A stretch of DNA of 64,000 nucleotides from Verrucomicrobiota bacterium (lineage in GTDB: Bacteria; Verrucomicrobiota; Lentisphaeria; JABSQK01; JAJFLO01). This document shows positions 27,801 through 39,800 of the stretch, piece after piece. Position 1 is the stretch's first letter. Each line of letters starts with the position of its first letter. Location of the stretch: contig JAJFLO010000244.1 in the NCBI GenBank assembly GCA_021772675.1, forward strand, positions 1,468 through 65,467. Direction: 5' to 3'. Below the pieces are notes generated by a model, which was not told the origin of the DNA, made no database searches, and saw only the letters and a program-made list of their open reading frames with translations. Position numbers and translations under genes: made by a program.

Positions 27801-30800
27801 GAAAGCACAGGTCGAAGCGGCCTCTATGATTCCGGTATAGATTCACGGATTAATACTATTAATACGTTTGGCTGGGAGGTTAAGAACGGCGATGGCGGTG
27901 TTAATCATGGAGATATTTTCTTTTATGACGTGAATGGAAACAATGTTTTTGACGGAACAGAAGATGTGTGGCAAGATGTTGAAGTACCTGGTGTTACGGT
28001 TTTAGGAACATTTGATTTTGGTCTCGATACCCAAATCGCTGGTGGGGCGGATGGATGGAATACCTCAGACGGACAGCTCGGTGCGGCTGAAAGTAATATG
28101 TTATTGTATAATGACGCGGATACCAACAATGAGTATACGATCGGTGAGAATATTTGGTTCGATAATAACGACAACGGACTTTATGATGCTGGGAGCGATG
28201 GTATACCGTTAACCAGTGATGATGACGATGCTTATGTTTATGATGGCGGTGTGTCTAAATGGACTCATTTAGCGGTGACTTATGATTTTGAATCAAGGGA
28301 ACTTTCAATATATCTTAATGGCGAGTTAAGAAATTCCGTGAAATTAAGTATACTAAACCGTCCTTCTGTGGTCGGAAACGGACAAAGCATCATACGTATT
28401 GGAGAGAATTTTGATGGATATATTGACAATGTCAGAATATGGGCCGTTTCTCGAAGTGCTACTGAAATACTTGATAATTTCGAATCTGCATTCAGCCAGT
28501 CACAAGCGCTGAACCAGGCGGTAATAAGAGTTTTTGGTGACTTTCTTACAGATGTTCGCTATCGCGAAAATGGCGATGGCGTGTTTACTCCGGGTGTAGA
28601 TGATGTCTGGATAGATGTGGGATTTTCACATGACAGAACAGATCCATTTACGGCACTTGATACCACGGTATTCGCTCTGGATGATCTGGGCATTCCGATC
28701 GATCAGCAAGGTCTTGCACTTGCAAACTTTCGGTTTAAAGATAATGATTCTAATTTTCTTTTTACAACCGGTGTCGACGATGCCTGGATTGACGTTAACA
28801 GAAATTCTCGTTTTGATAGTTTTGAGTTGATTGTTGTTGAAAATGGCAGTCTGTCCGAGGGCGATTTCGGGCGTTCTAGGAATGGTGTTTTTTATAGAGA
28901 GAGGAGCGCAAATGGTAAGTTTGATCAAGGAAATGATGACGCCTGGATTGACAGAAATGCAAACGGTTTTTTTGATACGGGTTCCGTCGTGTTTGACGAT
29001 ATCTTAGGGGAATTTGTTCAATTACCAAATGAGACTGTTCTCTCTCAGGGAAAGACATTAAGAAATTTCGATGCCGGTGTTAATTTGTTAAATGTTCTTT
29101 TTAGAGACAATAATCTTGACGGTATTTTTACCGAAAATGTGGACGATGCATGGCTTGACGCTGATTCCAATAAACGCTTTGATATCGGAGAAAATATTGT
29201 TGTTAATAATGGGGAACCTCTTGGTGTCGGCAAGCCGTTGTTGATCGCAAATTTTAATTTCGATGATGGTGGTAATTTTGCGAATGACGATACCATAGTG
29301 AATACTCCTCTAGATAATTGGTTTTATTCTCTAAGAATCTCCGATAGCAATGGCTTCAATTCTCTGACAGATGTAAATTCAAGCCTGACTTTTGTTGTCA
29401 CCCGCTTCCAGGATTTTGACGGTGACGGCCTTGACGATACTTGGGAATTTGAAAATTTTGGAGATTTATCAGCGACAAATGGCGGCACCAGTGATGCAGA
29501 TTTGGATGGTTTAACCGATACATTGGAATTTCTATTTGATTCGGATCCTAATGATCCGGATGGAGATACCGATAACGACGGGTTATCGGATTTAGATGAA
29601 TTTAATTCAGGTTCAAATCCGCTGGTTTCCGATACCGATGATGATGGAATTAGTGATAAGCAGGAAGTGGATTTTGACTATGATCCGATTGAATCGGCAA
29701 ATGTGTATCATCAACGCTATCTTAGATTTGACGGTACTGGGGAAATGGTGGTACCCGCCAAAGTTAACAATTCCTCCGCGTCTGAACAACGATTTAATTT
29801 AAGAGAATGGACGATAGAAACCTGGCTCCGCATCAATGAGCCAAGTAACGGGGCAAATATATTCAAAAATGTTATCAAAACCGATTTGGGGTCGGTGATC
29901 AATTATGAACTGGGCATTGATGATGGAGCCGAAACTGAGGCCGACATGGGGAAACTTTTTGTTAAGACACAAGTTCCTGCATTGTCACCGGCAATCATGC
30001 AAAAATCTAAGGATCCGATTCAAATTGGAAATTGGGTACATGTTGTCGCCCGGCTTACTACAACCAGTTTGGATTTGATCGTAGATGGTATCATATCTAC
30101 AAGAATCGCAGTTATCCCGGATGCAATAAATTTTCCTGATGAGCCGGGAAAATTAAGTATAGGCGGAGCAGGATTTAAAGGTGATTTACATGAAACACGA
30201 TTGTGGAATCACAGTCGAAGTGAGAGTGAATTAGCGACGTGGCGTCAACGATCGCTATTGTTTGACCGACAGTCCTCCAGTGATGATGCCGATTCTGCTG
30301 AATCATCAGGCAACTCCTTTACAGCAAAGAGCATTAGAGGCATAGATGTCGAGTTTATTCCGGAAACAAAGGCGGGTACCATTACCAGACCTCCTCTTCC
30401 GGCGATCAAGGTGCCTCACGTTATTCAGTATGTCTATGAGGAAAGTAAGAACTCGAAAGATTTTCTCAGACAGATGACACTGTCAGCCCGGGCAAGAATC
30501 CTTAAACTGCCGGAGACATTTGCAGTGATTGTCGGGCGGCATCGCGATGGGCTATTGGATCAAACAAGAGGGGAAACTCCACTTTCTTTTCATAATATTG
30601 ATGTTGATACACGCAATGAAATCAGCAATATTGATTTCGGTATAGTTGTTACTAATGAAGGTACGGTATTTGGAATAGTCAATGGTGTCTCAGTAGCACG
30701 AAATGCGATACAGGTATACGAACCTTTGGTAACTGATGATCAAGGTGTAGTGGCGGAAGCTACCTGGAAAAATCTTGTTTTAGTTAATGATGGAGTCACC

Positions 30801-33800
30801 GTAAGATTATATGTTGATAACAGTCTAATCGGGAGCAGCCCTACACCGAAGATTGTTAATTATGACATTAATGGTGTTATTGTTGTGGGCCTGTCGAAAA
30901 CGATTACTACATTACTGACAGAGGCTATCCCGGAAATTAAGGAATTGCGAAATGATGGTGCGACCACCTCTAACCCTGACTGGGTTCCACAGTGGGAAGC
31001 TGATATTGATGAAGTTTCTGTTTGGGATCGAGCCTGGCGTGATGATGAACGTGATTTGTATGCTGAGTTTTCATTATTGGGTACTGAAAAGGGGCTTGTC
31101 AGTTATTTTGATTTTAATTCATGGATAGTAGAGGATGAAACCGTCACCGATTCAGCATTGATCAGGCAGGAGTCCAACGATCTTTCAGGTAATATTGATG
31201 TCGGACGTCTGACGCCGTGGATGGACGCTCAATGGCGTGATCTCATTGAGGCTGCTGTTCATCCTGACGGGACAACCTATTCTCCAATTGCTGAAGCAAA
31301 TGGAAGTGAAACTGTTGGATTGAGTAGAGTGGCATTAAAGAACCATATCAACAATCTTGCCGGTTACTGGCCCTATATAGATGGTGGAAAAAGAGTGGAG
31401 GACTTTGTATTTCCCCGTGTTTTGGCCTATGCGGCGCAGGGTAGCACTGCAAATGCGATAACGTTCCATACATTTAGTAATGATCTGAATAACAATCGAC
31501 AGTTGGATCCCTCAGAGTCTATACCCGTAATAGATCGTGTCGCATATACCAATAATGTGGGTACAGTTTTCGATACCAATTTGGATCAATTAATTCAGAT
31601 TGGAGTCCTGAACTATAATGATTTAGACAATAGCAGGGATTATTCGTCAGGGGAAGATATTTGGAAAGACAGTACGTCAGGGTTATTCTCCGGATTTTAC
31701 GAACATGGTATTGATATTCAAATATTTGACGGGGGTAATGGCTGGGAAACCAATGATGGTCAAAGTGGCATTATTTCAGGTCTCTTTTTTCATGATACTG
31801 GTGAAACGGGTGACTATACGGTTGGCGTAGATGATATATGGTTAAATAAATCTAATATGGAGGATCGTCTATATAATGATGGTATAGATGTACAACTATT
31901 CGATGGTGGTGACGGTTGGACCACAGTTGACGGAGCGTTGGGGGTAGGTATATATCGTGAATTTACACCGACGTTTGATGATTCAGATTTTGACGGTCTA
32001 CCTGATACATGGGAAATATTTTACAGAATGGATCCGAATCTTACACTTGACAGCGCTGCGACTGAAGGTGGTTCGGGAGATTCAGATGGGGACGGCCTGA
32101 TCAATATCGTTGAATTTCGTGTCGGTCTTAATCCCACATCAGTTGATACTGACGGCGATGGTATTTCGGACGCAAATGAAGACGCAGATAATGATGGATT
32201 AGGAAATCTTGACGAACAAAGCATTGAAACAAATCCATTTTTCGCGGATTCCGATGATGATGGTTTCGATGATCTGGAAGAATTCAATCAGGGCTCTGAT
32301 CCCACATTATCGACAAGTTTCTACGAACAGCGTTTAGGTCGATTTGACGGGAACCAAACGTTAGAAATCAATGCAGCAATACCCGGCACTGATGAAGCAC
32401 GACGATATAATTTGGAGGAATGGACCATCGAGACATGGGTTAAATTGTCAACTTTTAATGCAAACTCAACAATAATACTAATTCAAAATCAAGTCATCGT
32501 TGATAATGTATTTCGGACAAATTATGAGTTAGGTATTGAAGTGGATAGTTTGGGTATTGCTAAACCGTATGCCAGATTTGAAAATAATGCCGGTACAGAA
32601 TCCAAAATAGTCGGACCAAGATCAATTTCAGTAAATGAATGGACGCATCTTGCCGCTGCAATGAATGGCGCTACTCTTGTTCTCTATCAGAATTTACACA
32701 TCTCTCAGCGGGATGTCATATTTACGCTGGGTTTAATTCAAGACAGTAATTTGACGGTCGGTCAAAATTTGAATGGTGATATGGATGAGGTGCGAATTTG
32801 GAATCGAGTGCGCAGTTTCAATCAGCTTGTTCAAAATCATAATACCACGCTGTTTTTCAATTCACAGCAAGCGGATCGAGGATTAGGATTGGAAACGGGT
32901 CTTGCCGCCAATGGCGACGATACATTTTTGCAGCAGATTACCTTTGATGATAAAGATATATTAATCGAAGCAACAATATCAGCATGGTTCAGGACGACTG
33001 GTTCAGGAGTATTAGTTCGACATGGCGAGCAAGGTGCCGTCACCGACATTGGCAATCAATTTAATAAAGATGATTACCGGATTGAAATCGGTACCGATGG
33101 TAAACTCGCTGTATTCTGGTTTGAAAATCGGCCCGATAGTGTTACCCGAGGAGACAATGATTTTGCCAGGTTGCAGTTTAAGTCGATTGAGGATGTCAAT
33201 GACGGGCTTTTCCATCATGTTGTTTTAACACAAGATACTCAGGGCAGAGCGACTCTCTATGTCGACGGTATAGCAAACGCGGTTAAAGATACTCGATGGT
33301 TTTGGTGGAGTCAATATTTGGCTGGACGTAGAACGACGGAACTGCGTATTGGTGAAGGGTTTGTTAACGGGGCCATCGATGAAGTTTCTATATGGAATAT
33401 TGCTAAACCGTCATTGTGGGTTCAGGAGACATTCGATACCAAACGCCAACTCCAGGGTAGCGAGGATGGTTTGATTACATATTTTGATTTTAATGGTGAA
33501 GAAATTGCAAAAGGTAGAATTGCTGATAGAGCTTTAATTCGTCAGGGAACGGGTGAAGATGGATTTCTATTTAATGGTGCCTCGCGTACACGAGAGGCAA
33601 ATTCTCCAGTGTTCATGGACCCGTTATTATCGTTTCAGGGATTAATTGTTGGCTATTGGGCATTTGATGATGGTGGAATGACGATTGAAGATTTTGCTCA
33701 TCGTGGTGAGCGTAGTTTTTTTGCAACAGGACCTACCATCGTTGCGCATGACGAGGACTTAGCTATTCCGTTTGAATTTGATGGTGATGGTGATGGATTA

Positions 33801-36800
33801 TCGGATGAATGGGAGGTTGCAAATGGACTCAATCCTAATTCACCTCTTGGAAATAATGGATTTGATGGCGATCCCGATAATGATGGATTAAATAATTTGG
33901 AGGAGTTTCAGGCTGGGACAGATCCTCTTGTTCTTGACACGGACAATAATGGCGTCAACGATGGGTTTACTGATCTGGATAATGACGGTTTAATTGCATT
34001 AGACGAAATTAAATTTGGAACAAATCCTGGGGTCGCGGACACTGATGACGACGGTATTATTGATGGTCGGGAAATCCATTTATTGAAACCAACACAAAAT
34101 GCGAGTCAAACTGGACTTTTTTATAATGACCTTAATGGTAATAGCAGTTATGACTTGGGGGAAGATCTATGGAAAGATGAAGCGTATAAGGTTCTTTTCT
34201 CTGCTGAGTCTGATTTTCAATCAGAATTGAATAAAGGAGAAATACCATTTAGTTTGATGAGCAATTTTGAGGATAACGGCATTTCGTTATCCACTACTGC
34301 GGTTGTTACTGTGATATTAGAAAGTAGTGAATGGAGAATCACGAGTGATACAAGAGAATTCATTCTCAATAAGAAAACTGATGAATTAATTGTCGCAGAT
34401 TTTTTAATTACGGGAACAAATAGTGAATATGATGATGGTGTTGATATTCCTGTATATGATGGTGGTGATGGATGGGAGACGGACAGTACCAATGATATTC
34501 CTGAAATCATGGGTGTCTACTTTAATGATGCAAATAATGACTCTGAATACAGTATTGGTGAGGATATCTGGGATGATCAAGTTTCAGGCAGGGACGGGTT
34601 ATATGATGATGCGATCGACAAGCGATTATTCAATGGAAACGATGGCTGGATCACGCACATAGAGCAGATAATTACCAGCCCGATTTATTCCAGAAGTCCA
34701 TTGATTCAAAGAAGTTTTATGCTACCAGAATTGAGTATAGAATTACCGGATCCGGTAATTCTTGTAACCGATGTTCAACGATACAACCGGCGGCGTTGGA
34801 CATTGGAAGTATGGATAAAACCAGCGTCTGCTAACGAAGTAGGTTCAATCGTTACTCGAATTCAAGATCTTACCAATCTCGTACAATTTGAACTTGGCTT
34901 GGAGCATAATATCCCCTATGTTCGATTTGAAACGCCTGCCAATGTTGAATATAGGGCCGTTGCGAATGGTATTATTCTTGAAAATGGTGTTTGGACCCAT
35001 ATTGCAGGCAGTTTTGATCCGGAAAGCAAATCTTTGAGACTGTATGTAAACGGACGCCTGTTTCAATCGTTTACTACCCTTGAAAATCCAGTATCGGGAT
35101 TCGGAAAAACATTCATAAACGGAATACCAGATGACGTTGATCGATTAAGTGGAATGATTGATGAATTCAGAATTTGGAGTTATGTAAGGTCAAATGAAGA
35201 AATTGAAAATAATTATAATACTACAATATTGGATGAAATTGGGATCGTATTAGATCGAGAAACTTTCGCTGAACCAATGTCTGAGTTAGACGTTGCTATA
35301 GATCCGGTTACAAAGTTGCTAAATGGTTGGTCAAAAACTCCAAATGTGGATGTGAACCAGTGGGAGTATGGCGTTCCTGTGGGAGGTGTTGCTACCGGCG
35401 AGAATGCATTCGCCTATAATTTAATCGGTAACTACCCCGCAGATTTGGGAAAGCAATTTTTACTTTCCCCAATTTTTGATGTCAGTGATTTTAGTCAGGT
35501 ATTGTTAGAATACAACCGCTTTCTTGCAGTCGATGCATCGTCAAATGCAAGTATCGAGATAAGTAATGGATCACGCGACGGTGATGGAAATTTAATATGG
35601 TTTGAAATATTCAGGAATTCTGGAAGATTGAGAGATAGCGAGTGGAGTAAGCGAACACTCGATATCTCACAATTTGCTGACGGCAAATCTAATGTCCAGA
35701 TACGATGGATTATGGGACCAACTGGCAGTGCTACAGCCCCCGGAGGGGCGGGCGGTTCCGGATCAGGTAGTCAAGCTGTTTTTAATGGTGAATTTGGTTG
35801 GCGAATTGATGATGTCGTTTTAACAGGACGGAACACATCACAAACCGTGACAGCTTACTTTCCATTTGATGATGGCGGAAAATTTATCGAAAATTTTGCT
35901 GCATTGGGAAATTTTGATTTGGCATTGGATCGTATTCGCCATGATTTAGTCATTGTCGACACTAATGAAGAAGTTAAACAGCTTCCTGGTCTTGCTGACA
36001 TTGACAATGATGGCCTGGCAGATTGGTGGGAAAGGCTGTTTTTTGGCAACAATCTTCTTATCACTGATGGAACTATTGATAGCGATGGTGATGGATTACT
36101 TGATAAATTTGAATTTATTCTTGGGACAAACCCATTTGATCTGGACAGTGACAGTGATGGGTTTAGTGATGCCAGCGAGGATTTTGATGGCGATGGGGTG
36201 TTTAATCTACAGGAACAATTATTGACCACCGATCCAACTCTAGTTGATACAGATGATGATAATGTCCTTGATGGAGACGAACTTGATGACAATACGGACC
36301 CAGCGGATGGCAATAGTCATATTTCGCCAACTGAATTGGCAATAAATTTTGCAGGCAATAGCCTTGATTACGTTCAGCTACCCCAGCAAGAGCGCTTCGT
36401 TTTAGATAAATTTACTATTGAAGCCTGGGTACGGCCATTTGCAGAAATACACACTGGTGAATCGGTTGCAAGTTTTAATGATGGGGAAATTATTCGAAGA
36501 GTATCTGGAAGTACATTTTTGGGAGGGGATCCCAATTCAATAATTTTCATAACAAATTTTGGCCTCAGGATCGTGGGTGGTCAATTTCAAGCGTATTTCA
36601 GCAGTAATCAAGAAGGTGGTGAAGTCGTTGCAGCGAGCCCTACGATTTTGCCTGCCGAAGTTGGGCTTATATCCTGGGTTCACGTGGCCGCAAGTTATGA
36701 TCCTTCTTTGAATGCCCTTCGCTTATTTGTTAATGGTCAACTTGTACAGTCTACAGTAAGCTCAAAAAGTTTAATCACGGATGGACCAGGTAGGGAATTC

Positions 36801-39800
36801 GTTCGAATCGGGGAGCAATTCAATGGAGATATCGATGAAGTCCGAATTTGGAAAGCGTCATTAAGTCAGCAAGTTATTGAAACGAATCTTGTCACGGCGC
36901 TGAATGGAACAGAAACTAATCTTATCGCCTATTATAATTTTAATGACAATAGTTCACTCAATCCAAAAAGTACCCAGGATAACGTCGGTGAATTCACAAG
37001 GGATTGGGAGAATAATTGGGGTAATTCAGGCATATTGATTGGCAATACAGCTTTCTTTGAAGTTATCGATAATCCACTGAACCCAGATGTTGATAGTGAC
37101 GGTGACAAATTACCTGACCGCTGGGAATTGGACAATTTTGGCGATCTTTCCATTGCCGATTCAACGACGGATGTCGATGGCGATAAATTACTGGATATAA
37201 ATGAATTTCTTATTGGATTAAATCCAAACGCCGTTGACTCAGACAGCAATGGAATATTAGATAGCGATGAAGATAGTGATGCAGACGGATTGATTAATGT
37301 TGAAGAGCAAAATGATTTCCAAACTCGTTTAGATTCTGCTGACAGTGATGATGATGGAATTAATGATAATATTGAAATTTCGTTTACCCTGCCAACAATT
37401 GATTCCGTTGAAGGTATCGCTAGTGGTTACAGTGGAGCCAGAACTCCGTTATCTCCATTTGTTCCCAGAAGTTTACGGTTGGAAGGCAGTGTCATATCCA
37501 TTCCAAAACCGGATCGGTTTGCGTTTGTTAGCACTGAAACAGTTGTTCAGGAGGGACCCACGGTAAATATTACCAGTCCTACGGACTCTTCAGATATAAA
37601 TGTGAGATTCGTAAATGTTTCCGGAACGATTGAATCGACATCAGATATCATTGGAATTCAATTTTTTGTAAATCAGCTTCTCGCAGATGAATTTCCGCTT
37701 AGTGAAGCCAGTTTTTCAAGGGATATAATTATCAGTTCAGGCATGAATGAAATCGCTGTCAAGGTTGAAAATGTTGAGGGACAATTTGGATTAGCTTTTG
37801 TTACAGTCAACGGAAGCTTTGCACCTGCAGATATTCGAGTTACCCAAACCTGGGGGCCCGCAGGGGATCTTGATACGTGGCTTGTCGATCCTCAAAACCG
37901 GCATATGGGCTGGACCGGATCCGGCCCGACATTTCCTCTGGAGCAGGCCGGTGAATCGGGGAATCCAGGACAAATTCCCGGTGCACAATTAGACATTGAT
38001 GATATACCCGGCACAGGACCAGAAAATATTACGCTAGAGCGCGACAACGCAGTGCCAGGCACCTATCAGGTTTGGATGAACAATTATTCAAATTCCAATA
38101 GCCCAGAATCGACGGTAAGAATATTGCTTCATGAAGGTACTCCAAATGAGAAACTAATTGAATTTGGTCCACAAAGTATGCCAACAAGTGATACTAACAG
38201 AAATGTTTCCGCCGCCTGGTGGAATACCACGAACATTGAGTGGCCAAGCGGCGTGTTAAGTCCTTCAGGGACAGAAATCTCACCAAGGAGTACTCGGGAA
38301 TCACTGGTAATTACAGAGCAATCTAATACTGGCTTTACAATTGAATTTTGGATTTATCCTGGTAGTGCCTCAGAAACTGGTTCAGTGATCGAATATCTTA
38401 ATTCCAGTGGCACTGCAGCCTATACTCTTGGTCTTAATGTGAACCGACCATTCATGCAGGTCTTGTCCGAATTACCAACGGGTTACGAGTCATTGACAGT
38501 TGATACCGCATTACCTGAAAATGTATGGTCTCATTTAACGTTCAGATATCGTTTTGACGTAAATGAAATGAGCATATCAGTCAATGGATCGTTTGCTGCA
38601 AAAACGGTTAAAACCATTATCTTAAATGAAGGCGGTACCGCAGTCATAGATAGTTCGTTTAACGGAATTTCATTTACCAATACAGGTATCGATGAATTAA
38701 GAGTCTGGAATACTATAAAAACAGAAAATAGTATAAATGCATTCAGACACAAATTTGTCGATGGTGCTAACGCCGCTTTAGTCGCAAATTTCCGATTTGA
38801 CGATGGTGGAAAAACGATCACCGATTACGCAAATACAGCGATCGAATTTGATTTACTTTCATTACTTGATCAACGAATTGATATATTGCCGGGAGGTGAC
38901 GATACCTGGGGCAATGCAGATGATGTGTTTGCATCTGATAGTGCAAAATGGATTGATGTTAACGCGAATAATATATTTGATATCGAAGACGAAGTGTTTA
39001 CCGACGCGAATAATGATAATATTTATAATGTCGGCGAAACGCAATTATTTGATGGTGGTGATGGTTGGACAAGTGTTCCGGATGTCTCCGTTGGACGTGT
39101 GGACAATCATAATGATCGGATTACCGCATTTCGGGCCGCATTAATAATCGGATCTGCGGAAGATTCCGACGGGGATGGCATAGAAGACTGGTACGAATCA
39201 TTCTTTTTCCGTGGCTTGACTGCAACTTCAGGACTAAATGACGGAGATAGTGATGGTCTGATAGATCGATATGAGTTCTTTGCTGGCACTAGCCCTCTAA
39301 ATAGTGACACGGATAGTAATGGAAAATCCGATGGCTTCGAAGATTCAATCGATGGAGATGGTCTTAGTAATCTTGATGAACAGGCACACTCCTCCGATCC
39401 GCGTTTGAGCGACACTGATGACGATGGAAAATCAGACAAAGCGGAAGTCTTAAGCGGAAATAATCCGACAGATTCTTTGGATCCTGTAGAAGCCAGGGCA
39501 CTGCATGTGTTAGGTAGCAGCTATGCAGAATCACCTATCGATACTCAACGCTATGGGTTCGACAGTTTTACAATTCAGGCGTGGGTTTACCCTTCAGATC
39601 TGGCTGCCGGTGGTGGTACTATTGACTCATCCATAATTTCCAGACAAGTCGGAACAGGAAAATATAACTACGATCTTGGTGTTAGATATAACACAGATTC
39701 CGATAAGGTTCAACCCTATGTAACCGTTTCTCCTAAAGATGGATCCACAAATGTTCAACTGATAGGAAATGTGATCTATTCAATTCCAATTAGTGATTGG

